NCBI GenBank assembly: GCA_964483915.1
Contig: CAZADL010000004.1
Coordinates: 1 to 48,436 of the forward strand
Reading direction: 5' to 3'
Source of the DNA: an uncultured Candidatus Saccharibacteria bacterium
Lineage (GTDB): Bacteria > Patescibacteriota > Minisyncoccia > UBA6257 > 2-01-FULL-56-20
DNA: 48,436 nt
The notes beneath the pieces are model-generated. The model worked only from the letters and a program-made list of their open reading frames with translations, made no database searches and had not been told where the DNA came from. This document shows, one piece after another, positions 8,922 through 18,089 of the stretch (positions within the stretch are counted from its first letter, which is position 1; every line of letters begins with the position of its first letter). The translations under genes were made by a program, and so were the position numbers.

Positions 8922-9132
8922 CAAAAAAATAACGGGTACCACTACGGAAGAACGTGCTCTTCTGCTTATGGAAATCGCCAAAGACCTGGCAGCCGTCGAG
9001 GAGGAGGGCTTCGGTCGGATCGTGATTGAGGTTAAGAACAATCGGATCGTTAACTGGTGGAAAGTCTCTTCCCGAACAGCGCGAGGTTTTTGGCGTAAAG
9101 TGCGAGGAAACGTGGATCATTTGACTTCGTAA
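8905..9132 (+). CDS. Small hypothetical protein (DUF2292/YezD-like)
   Basis: EGFGRIVIEVKNNRIV motif. Confidence 0.55.
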   Translation: MNQITDKKITGTTTEERALLLMEIAKDLAAVEEEGFGRIVIEVKNNRIVNWWKVSSRTARGFWRKVRGNVDHLTS

Positions 9133-9173
9133 AAACCTTGGTCAATGTTGTGTTGTGGATGGATAAACGGCCT

Positions 9174-9206
9174 TTAGAAAATCCTTAGAAAATGTTTAGG
9201 AAATCC
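9174..9206 (+). promoter_or_regulatory. Three tandem 11-bp direct repeats, candidate winged-helix regulator site
   Basis: TTAGAAAATCC TTAGAAAATGT TTAGGAAATCC upstream of the 9413 gene. Confidence 0.5.
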
Positions 9207-9412
9207 TATTGCCCCATCAGCGAAAATTATTATGCAATGCCAAACTGCCCGTAATCTGACTACCTTTCTAAATACGCAGATTAGCGGAGAATTTTGGCAG
9301 AGCGTAAACCATCCAAGGAAAACGGTTCTCGCCTTGTTTTGCACGATTGGATTGCAAGACGGTAAGGAGGTCGACTTGAGCCGAGGTAAATTAGAAACGC
9401 ATAAAGAAATTT

Positions 9413-10234
9413 ATGGCTAAAAAACAATTCGTCATCGGAGCAGGCGCACTAGCAATTGTCTTCGGTCTCGCTCTCGGCGTAACGAGTGGCTTTACGTTCA
9501 GTCAAGGTTCCCCGGTATCGGCGCAAGTCCAACCGGATAATTCTGCTGTACCAGGCCCTCACACGAACGCCGCGATCGAGTCCATCAGAGCAGAGCTGGA
9601 TAGCGTTACTCAATACGAATCGGCATATGGCTGCTTGACCTTCGGTCGAGGTGGCCAGTCTGAATTCTGCGGAGCATCAAAAGAGCGCGTAGGGACACTA
9701 GAGAACAAGCTTACTGAAGAAGTTCACAAGCTCGAACTCTCGGATCGTTCATCCGAAGCGCTTGCCCAAGTAAAGAGCAACATCGAATCTCTCGCTGAGA
9801 GGAAAGCCGATGTTACCTTTGAGGGCACCTCCGCGAATCCTTACACCAATGCCGTCAAACGTATTGAGCAGTGGCAGGATGACAAAGGGTTCTTGTACAT
9901 CGTCAACCCAACGAACAACACCGTTGTTCAATTCGGGCCTGGCCCTGGTAGCAAGATTCCCTTCGAACGCGACGGAAGCAAGAGCCTTCCTCAGTCAGAG
10001 CTTAAAGCAATGGCAGAGGAATATCTCTCAAAGCATGTTGCAGACTTCGACTCAGTCAAAGCTAACTTTAGCTTCCGACAGATGTCTAAGCCCGGCAGCG
10101 TGAGCTACGCTTTCCGCTGGGAGGCTAAGTCCAAACCTCAGGGTGAGGACGTGACTCCGTTCGTTCAAATCGTCCTGTCGCCGGTGGGTGAAGTCATGAG
10201 CTTCAACGACGTGCGTAGCCTATATTCTAACTAA
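9413..10234 (+). CDS. Exported or membrane-anchored hypothetical protein (paralog of 10940..11833)
   Basis: N-terminal hydrophobic helix; shared Y-E-x3-GC...GQxxFCGxSKE motif and C-terminal beta motif. Confidence 0.75.
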   Translation: MAKKQFVIGAGALAIVFGLALGVTSGFTFSQGSPVSAQVQPDNSAVPGPHTNAAIESIRAELDSVTQYESAYGCLTFGRGGQSEFCGASKERVGTLENKLTEEVHKLELSDRSSEALAQVKSNIESLAERKADVTFEGTSANPYTNAVKRIEQWQDDKGFLYIVNPTNNTVVQFGPGPGSKIPFERDGSKSLPQSELKAMAEEYLSKHVADFDSVKANFSFRQMSKPGSVSYAFRWEAKSKPQGEDVTPFVQIVLSPVGEVMSFNDVRSLYSN

Positions 10235-10240
10235 CACACT

Positions 10241-10780
10241 ATGAAGAAAACACTCTCACGAGTCGCGCCTTTCCTCATGGCTGTTGTCATGTTGGGATCG
10301 TTCGCAGGCGTCGCGTCGGCTCAGACTTACATTCACGCTAACGGTGGTTCGTATTGGTCACAAAGCGGCTCTGGCTGGAACTCGATCAGCAATGACGGGT
10401 ACTGTGTCAGTGGCCGCGGGCCGTGCGGGTCGAGCCTCTGGTATCTGCAGTGGAATTACAACACGAGCGGATGCGGGGCGGATGCGAATTCGACCTACAC
10501 AATGGCATCGGTAGTCGGCTACAATGGCGACACCTATGCTTGGATCGATAGCTCAACTGGAAATATGTACGGAGCCGATTATCTCGTCACGTACAATTAC
10601 GCCAGTAGCTACGCCTCCACCGTTGACCAAAGTGCGTACTACGAAGCATGGGCAACCATCGCGCTCGACAAGTACCGCACCTCGAACGTCCAGCACAGTG
10701 ACGGCTGGGGAGCCGCATATGCCTGCAACGGCGTGAGCGGTCTTCAAGTCGAATTCGACGAGGTCAAACTGGAAATCTAG
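10241..10780 (+). CDS. Secreted W/Y/G/S-rich beta protein, possibly golvesin/xanthan-lyase CBD-like
   Basis: Signal peptide ending ASA-Q; four Cys; STVDQ...W and VEFDEVKL pattern. Confidence 0.6.
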   Translation: MKKTLSRVAPFLMAVVMLGSFAGVASAQTYIHANGGSYWSQSGSGWNSISNDGYCVSGRGPCGSSLWYLQWNYNTSGCGADANSTYTMASVVGYNGDTYAWIDSSTGNMYGADYLVTYNYASSYASTVDQSAYYEAWATIALDKYRTSNVQHSDGWGAAYACNGVSGLQVEFDEVKLEI

Positions 10781-10825
10781 CTAGGCGTCCTGACCGATAG
10801 TCAGATCGGCATTTGGAAGCATGGC

Positions 10826-10860
10826 TAAAAGGGGCTCCCGCCAATCCGGGGGCCTCTTTA
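10826..10860 (+). terminator. Intrinsic terminator-like hairpin
   Basis: TAAAAGGGGCTCCCG-loop-CGGGGGCCTCTTTA. Confidence 0.55.
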
Positions 10861-10871
10861 GTTATCCACTA

Positions 10872-10908
10872 GTCAAAACATGACAAAACAGGACAGATAG
10901 GGTATACT
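10872..10908 (+). promoter_or_regulatory. Promoter overlapped by 10-bp direct repeats
   Basis: ATGACA-17-TATACT; repeats GTCAAAACAT/GACAAAACAG/GACAGA cover the -35; downstream HTH_17 protein is a plausible binder. Confidence 0.45.
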
Positions 10909-10939
10909 GAAAATAAGCCGAAATGAAAGGCCAATTAAT

Positions 10940-11833
10940 ATGCTATTTACCCCAAAACCACAACATACAAAAATCCTTTTAGGGATCTTTGGCGTTGCAG
11001 CAGTAGTTGGCATTGCCATTTTTATTAATACGAAGACAGGAAGCAATACTCAGACCGCTGTGTCTGACAAAAGTCCGAGCGTCGAAGAACTGCAACAGGA
11101 GATGTCCCGAATCGCCCGGTACGAATTTGAACACGGGTGCGTTGAAAAGAACGAGCGGGGCCAGGATGTTTTCTGCGGCGAATCGAAAGAAAAGGTAGAT
11201 GCCGCCGAAGCCCGATACAACGCTGCAGTAAAAGCATCAACAATGCCAGAGAGTGCAACCGTACAGGCTGATACTGAAGCGATCAAGAAATTTATGGGTG
11301 ACGCTGCTTACCAGGTGGAATATTCCCGCAGCCAATCTCCCGCAAACTTTAGCGTGGGAGTGCTGACAAAACTTTCAGATCAAGGCGATGAGCGTATTGA
11401 TACGCCGCAAGCGTGGAAGCGGACAGTAAATATTTACAGAGCAACCCAAGAGATTGAAGGAACTTGCCAAGTCTACGAGTATGAAGTGTATCCGAAGACT
11501 CACGATATTGTGGAAGTGCGCGTAGTCTATCCTGAAAACTATCAGGGCAAATGCACGAAAGGTGATTTATTCTCACCCAAGATTTCTGAAGCCAAAATAA
11601 AAGAGGTCGGTCAAGGATATCTCAAAAACCTTGGGCTTAAGCAATCGTTTACCGTCACTCCCGTTGATGATATGAGTCGATGGCAATGGAAGTGGCAAGA
11701 TGAGAGTCACAAGCTTCCGGAGGGAGTCGTCGGCAGGTCGGCCGTCGATTCAAAACCAACCATAAGATTATTCATTTCAAGCGCCGGGAAATTACTTCAA
11801 TACAACAACACGGTCGCGCTATTTGAGAATTAA
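10940..11833 (+). CDS. Exported or membrane-anchored hypothetical protein (paralog of 9413..10234)
   Basis: N-terminal TM; ARYEFEHGC...GQDVFCGESKEKV; C-terminal WKW...PTIRLFISSAGKLLQYN. Confidence 0.75.
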   Translation: MLFTPKPQHTKILLGIFGVAAVVGIAIFINTKTGSNTQTAVSDKSPSVEELQQEMSRIARYEFEHGCVEKNERGQDVFCGESKEKVDAAEARYNAAVKASTMPESATVQADTEAIKKFMGDAAYQVEYSRSQSPANFSVGVLTKLSDQGDERIDTPQAWKRTVNIYRATQEIEGTCQVYEYEVYPKTHDIVEVRVVYPENYQGKCTKGDLFSPKISEAKIKEVGQGYLKNLGLKQSFTVTPVDDMSRWQWKWQDESHKLPEGVVGRSAVDSKPTIRLFISSAGKLLQYNNTVALFEN

Positions 11834-11834
11834 T

Positions 11835-12017
11835 ATGAATAACAAAATCCCCAAAAATTATCTTACAGCCAAAGAAGCCGCAGATGTCCTCCATGTAAGT
11901 GAGCGGACGATCATGCGATATATTAAAACCAAACGATTGCTTGCCACCAAGATAGGTCAATGGCGAATTAAAAAAGAGGACATTGACCGTCTGGTGAAGG
12001 CAAGCAGTAACAAATAA
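11835..12017 (+). CDS. Excisionase-family (HTH_17) DNA-binding protein
   Basis: YLTAKEAADVLHVSERTIMRYI...KIGQWRIKKEDI. Confidence 0.85.
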   Translation: MNNKIPKNYLTAKEAADVLHVSERTIMRYIKTKRLLATKIGQWRIKKEDIDRLVKASSNK

Positions 12018-12021
12018 TTTT

Positions 12022-13140
12022 ATGACAGATCAATTTTTATCCAATACTGAGCCCCCACGATTCAGCTTTCTGAAAACAAAAAGTGCCGTTGCTGTTGGAA
12101 TTAGCATAGCAATCATAGCTGTGGGGGCACTGGTGTGGTACGTCTCATACAACAGCCAATTCGCAGCCCCTCAAGCGAATGGAGAAATAGAGCAAGTGGT
12201 TGTACCCCTTGGATCGGGAGACTTTACAAACCTTGCAAAGCTTCTGAAAGATAAAGGATTTGTAAAAAGCGAGACCGGATTCAAGATCGCTTACTTCAAA
12301 ACATTCGGGATCGACTGGAAAGCGACAACCTGCGTGGACTGCTTTGTCCCTGGCGCTTATAAAATTTCCAAGAGTATGACGGCTTGGCAGGTGGCTGAAA
12401 CTTTCAAAGAAGGGCCTTATATGAAATGGGTCGTGATTCCAGAAGGGCTCCGCAAAGAGCAGATTGCAGCTATTCTCGCCAATCAGCTTGGGTGGAACGA
12501 AGATGCAGAAAAGAAATGGGTCACTACCTATACGTCAATGAATTACGATGAGATCGAAGGTCTATATTTCCCCGACACTTACCTGATCCCGATCGACGAA
12601 GAACCTTTGAAGGTGGCCGATAGATTGCGCGCTAAGTTTAATGAGAAGCTCCAGCCTTATACCCAGGAGGCTCTCAAACAGAACATTAAATGGACAACGG
12701 CACTCAAGCTCGCTTCAATCGTGCAAAGAGAAGCGGCCGGCAAAGATGACATGCCCCTCATCGCCGGCATTCTGTGGAATCGTCTGCTCAAAGACATGAA
12801 ATTAGAAGTCGATGCCACCGTGCAATATGTTCGAGATGATCAGATTCATTACGGCGAAGCACGATACGATAAGCAACCAGGTAGCTATACCAGCGAGGGC
12901 ACCTGGTGGACGCCGATCAAGTCGGAAGATAAAGATATTCCCTCGCCTTATAACACCTACCGAAACAAAGGCCTGCCTCCTCACCCGATCGACAACCCCG
13001 GCATCGACGCAATCAAAGCGGTGCTTTATCCGGAGGAAACGGAATGCATGTTTTATCTCCACGACAAATCAAAGACCATCCATTGCGCCAAAATCTTCGA
13101 GGAACACAAGGCAAATATCGCAACTTATCTAAGTGATTAA
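12022..13140 (+). CDS. mltG: Endolytic transglycosylase MltG (YceG family)
   Basis: N-terminal TM; IPEG, EGLYFPDTY, LASIVQREA (catalytic Glu), NRL, SPYNTY..KGLPPHPIDNPG. Confidence 0.9.
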   Translation: MTDQFLSNTEPPRFSFLKTKSAVAVGISIAIIAVGALVWYVSYNSQFAAPQANGEIEQVVVPLGSGDFTNLAKLLKDKGFVKSETGFKIAYFKTFGIDWKATTCVDCFVPGAYKISKSMTAWQVAETFKEGPYMKWVVIPEGLRKEQIAAILANQLGWNEDAEKKWVTTYTSMNYDEIEGLYFPDTYLIPIDEEPLKVADRLRAKFNEKLQPYTQEALKQNIKWTTALKLASIVQREAAGKDDMPLIAGILWNRLLKDMKLEVDATVQYVRDDQIHYGEARYDKQPGSYTSEGTWWTPIKSEDKDIPSPYNTYRNKGLPPHPIDNPGIDAIKAVLYPEETECMFYLHDKSKTIHCAKIFEEHKANIATYLSD

Positions 13141-13142
13141 TT

Positions 13143-13808
13143 ATGAATCTTCTCATTGTCGAAAATGACAAAGAAACCCTTAATTTCTTAAAGCCTTCCC
13201 TGAAGGCCGAAGGGTTTGTCGTCGACACAGCAGAAGATGGAGAGGTTGGATCTTATAAAGCTCAAATAAATGATTACGATCTTATCATTTTAGATATTGG
13301 GTTACCGCGAAAAGACGGACGGCAAGTTTGCTCTGAGATTCGATCAGCAGGCAAGAGCATGCCGATACTTATACTCTCGGTAAAAGGAGAGATTGAAACA
13401 AAGGTAGATCTTCTAAGCATCGGAGCCGATGATTATATTACGAAGCCGTATTCATATGCGGAACTAGCGGCAAGAGTAAAAGCATTAATACGTCGGCCGC
13501 AGAAAGTGGAAGATCAGATTTTTAGTGTGGGTGACATAGAACTCAATCTGCCCAAACGATCTGTCTATCGGGGCGGGAAGAAAGTTCATCTGGCTCCGAA
13601 AGAGTTTTTCCTTTTGGAATTCTTGCTACGCAATCGAGGACGGGTTCTCACGCGACAGACGATCCTGGAACATGTTTGGGACATGAATGCCGACTTGTTT
13701 ACCAATACGGTTGAGACGCACGTCACGATCCTCAGACGAAAACTTAAAGGCAGAAATAGGGGTGATTTTATAAGGACTGTTTCCGGCACCGGATATGTAA
13801 TTGACTGA
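13143..13808 (+). CDS. OmpR/PhoB-family response regulator
   Basis: REC domain (LDIGLP, GADDYITKP) plus winged helix (NTVETHVTILRRKL...IRTVSGTGY). Confidence 0.93.
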   Translation: MNLLIVENDKETLNFLKPSLKAEGFVVDTAEDGEVGSYKAQINDYDLIILDIGLPRKDGRQVCSEIRSAGKSMPILILSVKGEIETKVDLLSIGADDYITKPYSYAELAARVKALIRRPQKVEDQIFSVGDIELNLPKRSVYRGGKKVHLAPKEFFLLEFLLRNRGRVLTRQTILEHVWDMNADLFTNTVETHVTILRRKLKGRNRGDFIRTVSGTGYVID

Positions 13809-13836
13809 ATTATGGCTTAAAATATTTAAAGATATC

Positions 13837-13845
13837 TGTTATAAT
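13837..13845 (+). promoter_or_regulatory. Extended -10 promoter for the small peptide gene
   Basis: TGTTATAAT (TGn-TATAAT). Confidence 0.55.
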
Positions 13846-13902
13846 TAACACGTGGATTCTGTGGTCGAGGAATCCGAATCTTAAAGAAACAGCATAAAAT
13901 TT

Positions 13903-14016
13903 ATGAAGAAAATCATCAAAGAGATTCTATCAAACAAGGCAGTTCGCAGCAGCTCTGTTTTGATGTCGCTTATCGCGGCTGTCATGACTGTTGGCGCTCC
14001 GTGGCTTGATAAATAG
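13903..14016 (+). CDS. 37-aa ComX-like signal peptide precursor (not in the ORF track)
   Basis: MKKIIKEILSNKAVRSSSVLMSLIAAVMTVGAPWLDK*; single Trp 4th from the C-terminus; lies between RR and HK; own promoter and leader hairpin. Confidence 0.72.
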   Translation: MKKIIKEILSNKAVRSSSVLMSLIAAVMTVGAPWLDK

Positions 14017-14056
14017 ACACGTCCCACTTCTACAGGCGTAAGATTGTCTCGCTCCT

Positions 14057-15460
14057 ATGAAACCGCGAGAATTATTTTATCGGATTATACGTCCTCAGTC
14101 AGAGAATGAAGACGTTGCCCGGCGCGAATACATTTTAAATATACTTTTGGTATCTTGCGCAGTTTTGTTTTTCGTCACGTTTCTATTCTCTGTCTTTCAA
14201 TATTTCACACTGCCGCAATACAGGGGGACATACCCCATCTTTTTTCTTTTTGCCATTTTGGTATTTGGGTTGCTTCATAGACTGTCAAAAAGAAACAGAT
14301 CGAAGTTGGCGGCATATATTTTTTTAAGTTTCTTTTTCATCCTGCCAACATACGCAATATTCCACTGGGGAGCGGATGTGGTTGCGGGACTATTATTTTT
14401 TGTACTGGTTATTATCATGTCTGGCATCTTGCTTGGAAGTCGGGTTGCCTTTGGTGTGACAATTCTTTCATCTTTTTTGATTACATTAGTTGCCTACTTA
14501 CACACCAACGAGATCATTAATCCGATATCGTATTGGAAGGCCGAAAAATTTAAAGTAAGCGATACACTGGTAGTGTCAATTATTTTTCTTATCATTGCCG
14601 CTGTCTCCTGGCTCTCCAATCGTGAAATTCAAAAATCCCTATCAAGGGTGAGGGAATCAGAAGCTGAGCTCAAAAAAGAACGTGACTCGTTAGAAATTAA
14701 AGTCGAAGATCGCACTAAAGAATTGAAAGAAGTTCAGGCGGAGAAGATGGCTCAGTTATATCGATTCGCTGAATTTGGGAGAATATCATCCGGACTTTTT
14801 CACGATCTTATTAATCCTTTGAATGCGGTATCGCTTAACTTGGGAAAGACGGATGGCACAGTAGAGGAAACCAAGCAGTATGTAGGTAATGCGGTGCGAG
14901 CCGCAAAAAAGTTGGAAGACTTAGTTGTCGCGGTGCGTAAGCAATTGGCGAGAGAAGAAACAAAAGCTTTATTTTTAGTTGAGGAGGAGATTCGGCATGT
15001 CATCGAGGTGCTTTCTCATAAGGCGCAAAATGCTAATGTCGAACTGCGATTCATACCGAGAGCCGATATTCAAATGTTTGGAGATGCAATAAAATTTAAT
15101 CAGGTGGTGCTCAATCTCGTTGCCAATGGCATTGATGCATGCATGCCACCTACGGCGGAGCTGGTGCCAGTAAGTCCTGGCGATCGGTGGGTGCAAGTAT
15201 CTTTAATAGAAGAACCGGAAATGATGATCATGTTGGTGGAAGATAACGGTGTCGGGATACCAGAACATCACATGGATAAAATATTCGAGCCATTTTTTAC
15301 CACGAAAATAAACGGACAAGGAATCGGCATTGGTCTTTCAATGGCCAGACGAATTGTAGAAAAAGACTTCGGAGGTTTGCTTATTGCTAAGAGCGAAGCC
15401 GGTAGAGGGTCATCCTTTAAGGTGTCTCTGCCTATGCGTAAACAAGAATATGCAACATAA
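14057..15460 (+). CDS. Membrane sensor histidine kinase with a multi-TM input domain
   Basis: About six hydrophobic helices, coiled coil, H-box FHDLINPL, N-box NLVANGIDA, DNGVG, FEPFFTTK, GIGIGL. Confidence 0.93.
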   Translation: MKPRELFYRIIRPQSENEDVARREYILNILLVSCAVLFFVTFLFSVFQYFTLPQYRGTYPIFFLFAILVFGLLHRLSKRNRSKLAAYIFLSFFFILPTYAIFHWGADVVAGLLFFVLVIIMSGILLGSRVAFGVTILSSFLITLVAYLHTNEIINPISYWKAEKFKVSDTLVVSIIFLIIAAVSWLSNREIQKSLSRVRESEAELKKERDSLEIKVEDRTKELKEVQAEKMAQLYRFAEFGRISSGLFHDLINPLNAVSLNLGKTDGTVEETKQYVGNAVRAAKKLEDLVVAVRKQLAREETKALFLVEEEIRHVIEVLSHKAQNANVELRFIPRADIQMFGDAIKFNQVVLNLVANGIDACMPPTAELVPVSPGDRWVQVSLIEEPEMMIMLVEDNGVGIPEHHMDKIFEPFFTTKINGQGIGIGLSMARRIVEKDFGGLLIAKSEAGRGSSFKVSLPMRKQEYAT

Positions 15461-16826
15461 TCAATTTACCCAGGATCTACTAGGATTTATTTCAAGCATG
15501 GAATCCGGCAATGGTGTCGGTGGAATTAAGCTCGCACGTATTATAAAGCGTCTCACTGAGATGGAGGTCGACGAAGGCGGCCCTTATTCTTTTGAACCAA
15601 AACAGGGCGCAAATGATGTTGGCCTCAATTTGGTGATCGCTTGCTTCCTTGCGCTGCAGGATATTCGGCTACCCAAACTCGATGCTTTTCTAGAAAAGAA
15701 AACCTCCAATGCTGCTGAACCATTCGATAGCGTAATCGACGATAAAACAATCCATGATTTGATTAGTAAGTATCGAATGCTTATCGAGAATGTTGGGAGA
15801 AAAGAATCGACCGAACATCCAATCATCTATGACGAGAACGAGCAACGCATCATGGATATGATACGAAAAAAGTTTGACGATCGGTTCTCAAACTTTTCTT
15901 CGGCATTGCGAGAACGAGCCAAGTCAGCGATTGAAAAGACCATCCGCGGCAACCGGGATAAGCAGATGTCACTCATGGCTTATTACACAAAGGTCTCCCT
16001 CGGAAAGAGCGGGGAGAGTATTCCCGATGAATTGGTAGCCGACATCGGACTTGCCAACATTTTCTTCTGGACGGCATTTATAATCTATGACGACTTTTGG
16101 GATCGGGACGAAGCGGCCGATCCGCGGCTGCTTCCCATCGCCAATATTTTTGCTCGCCACTACATAGACTTTTTTATTGCCTTACCCGATGACAAAGAAT
16201 TCCGTCCGTTCTTCCATGACCTAATGGATAAGCTGGACGGTTCAAACGCCTGGGAAGTTGAGAACTGCCGTGCCAAAGTTGAGGGAAGCATTTTTCATAT
16301 TCCAGCAACCCTGCCCGACTTTGGAGACTATGAAAATAAATATCGCCCTGCGTCCGGACACATCCTTTCCTCGGTTGCAATACTCACGCAATTTGGCAAA
16401 GAATTAAAAACTGAAGACTGGGGAAATATCGTTTCTTACTTCAAACACTATCTGGTCGCAATGCAATTGAATGATGACGCTCATGACTGGGAGGAAGATC
16501 TGCAGCGCGGGCATTTGAGTACCGTGGTTACAATTCTCCTCAATGACCTTAAGAATAGCGGCTGGGAAAAACAAACGATCGATCTGAGCACCGATCTTCC
16601 GGAGATCAGAAAAATATTCTGGTTCACTACTATGCCCCAATACGTGAAAATTGTTCTAGCCCAAACCGATATATCACGGAAGGCACTTCGTTCAATCTCC
16701 ATAATCGAGGAACCCGATCTTCTTGAGCGAATCATTACGACCACGGAGAACGTGGCTCGGCAAGCAGAAAGAGAGAGCACCGATTCCGGTGCCATACTCA
16801 AGGAATACGCCAATACCCAAGGATAG
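15450..16826 (+). CDS. Isoprenyl-diphosphate-synthase-fold enzyme, candidate ComQ-like peptide Trp prenyltransferase
   Basis: First Asp-rich motif IIYDDFWD and second motif QLNDDAHDWEED; extra N-terminal domain; overlaps the HK stop. Confidence 0.7.
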   Translation: MQHNQFTQDLLGFISSMESGNGVGGIKLARIIKRLTEMEVDEGGPYSFEPKQGANDVGLNLVIACFLALQDIRLPKLDAFLEKKTSNAAEPFDSVIDDKTIHDLISKYRMLIENVGRKESTEHPIIYDENEQRIMDMIRKKFDDRFSNFSSALRERAKSAIEKTIRGNRDKQMSLMAYYTKVSLGKSGESIPDELVADIGLANIFFWTAFIIYDDFWDRDEAADPRLLPIANIFARHYIDFFIALPDDKEFRPFFHDLMDKLDGSNAWEVENCRAKVEGSIFHIPATLPDFGDYENKYRPASGHILSSVAILTQFGKELKTEDWGNIVSYFKHYLVAMQLNDDAHDWEEDLQRGHLSTVVTILLNDLKNSGWEKQTIDLSTDLPEIRKIFWFTTMPQYVKIVLAQTDISRKALRSISIIEEPDLLERIITTTENVARQAERESTDSGAILKEYANTQG

Positions 16827-16839
16827 CCGTAATGACTCG

Positions 16840-16865
16840 AAAAGGGCTCCAAAGCCCCTTTTATT
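16840..16865 (+). terminator. Intrinsic terminator closing the signalling cassette
   Basis: AAAAGGGCT-CCAA-AGCCCCTTTTATT. Confidence 0.55.
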
Positions 16866-16955
16866 AGCCCGTGTTTGCCATTATTTGGCCCTGTGACGAG
16901 TTTTTGGTGCTTCTGCGAGTATTGGGGGAGGAGAGGGTCTCCACAGGGGAGAAAC

Positions 16956-16994
16956 TTGCACTTGCCGTTATAATCCGTTATAATCCGTCATATA
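16956..16994 (+). promoter_or_regulatory. Sigma70-type promoter of fic overlapped by tandem 10-bp repeats
   Basis: TTGCAC-17-TATAAT; CCGTTATAAT CCGTTATAAT CCGTCATATA at 16965-16994. Confidence 0.6.
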
Positions 16995-17023
16995 GACTAT
17001 AACGTTAAAAGTTAAGCTATTTT

Positions 17024-18088
17024 ATGAACGACATTACCCGAAAATTTGATCACCGCATAAAAAATCCTGATCCGCACATCGTGGCTCTTTTGGCTGAGAT
17101 CGATGGGATTCGCGGTGAGTTCAAAGGGGGCTTAAGAATGACGCCTCAAGCAATTACCAATCTCAAGAGATCAACCCTGATCACTTCTGCCGGTGCATCC
17201 ACTCGTATAGAGGGGGCAAAACTAACCGATGAAAAAGTCGAGGACGTTATGCGTGGCCTCGCGGTCTCAAAGTTTGCTGATCGTGATTCGCAGGAAGTAC
17301 AGGGATACTTAGAGACGCTTCAAAATGTTTTCGACAGCTTCCAAACTCTACCACTTCGAGAGAGTGTGATCACTTCGCTTCATAATCAGCTTTTGAAATA
17401 TTCCCATAAGGACGACACGCATCGCGGCGGTTACAAAAAGACAGAAAACACAGTCGGGGTACTTGGGCCAGATGGAAAAGTCGCAAAAATAATGTTTGAA
17501 ACGACACCGGCATTTCTCACTGCAAAGGAAATGCAGGAACTTGTCGAGTGGACACAAGATGCGATGGGAAAGAATCGTTTCCACCAGCTTTTAATCATCG
17601 CCAATTTTATTGTCGAGTTTTTGAAGATACACCCGTTTGAAGATGGTAACGGGCGTCTTTCGCGCGTCCTCACAAATCTTTTACTTCTGCGTTCCGGCTA
17701 CACCTTTGTGCAGTATGTCTCGCATGAACAAATTGTTGAACGTCGCAAGGATGAATATTACATTGCACTTCGTAAATCACAGGAGACGTTTAAAACCGAT
17801 CACGACACCATTTCCCCGTGGCTCAATTTCTTTTTGTCTGTTGTGCAGGATCAAGCCAAAAAAGCACTCTCGTATCTACAAGAGGAGAAAATTGAGGACA
17901 CCCTCTCTCCTAAGCAGTACGAAGTTTGGAAATATATTTCAAGCGTTGGGGAGTCGGGACCGGGCGATATCGTGAAAGCAACCGGCATCGCACTCGGCAC
18001 CGTCCGCCAAGCACTTAGGAGTTTGGTCGATCTGGGCAAGATTAAACGTATTGGCCGTGGCCGAGCCACAAGGTACGTAAAAATATAA
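17024..18088 (+). CDS. Fic-family protein with N-terminal inhibitory motif and C-terminal HTH
   Basis: HPFEDGNGRLSR Fic motif; STRIEG inhibitory helix; C-terminal wHTH ending GRGRATRY. Confidence 0.92.
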   Translation: MNDITRKFDHRIKNPDPHIVALLAEIDGIRGEFKGGLRMTPQAITNLKRSTLITSAGASTRIEGAKLTDEKVEDVMRGLAVSKFADRDSQEVQGYLETLQNVFDSFQTLPLRESVITSLHNQLLKYSHKDDTHRGGYKKTENTVGVLGPDGKVAKIMFETTPAFLTAKEMQELVEWTQDAMGKNRFHQLLIIANFIVEFLKIHPFEDGNGRLSRVLTNLLLLRSGYTFVQYVSHEQIVERRKDEYYIALRKSQETFKTDHDTISPWLNFFLSVVQDQAKKALSYLQEEKIEDTLSPKQYEVWKYISSVGESGPGDIVKATGIALGTVRQALRSLVDLGKIKRIGRGRATRYVKI

Positions 18089-18089
18089 T

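Noticed and set aside
9232-9420. 62-aa + strand ORF
   Set aside because: No recognisable features; the region looks like a structured leader with stems, CCATCCAAGG and GGTCGA.
15450-16826. Ordinary housekeeping polyprenyl diphosphate synthase (IspA/IspB)
   Set aside because: It lacks the RRG loop after the first DDxxD and the N-terminal GKxxR IPP-binding motif, and it sits in a signalling cassette. Not fully excluded without an assay.
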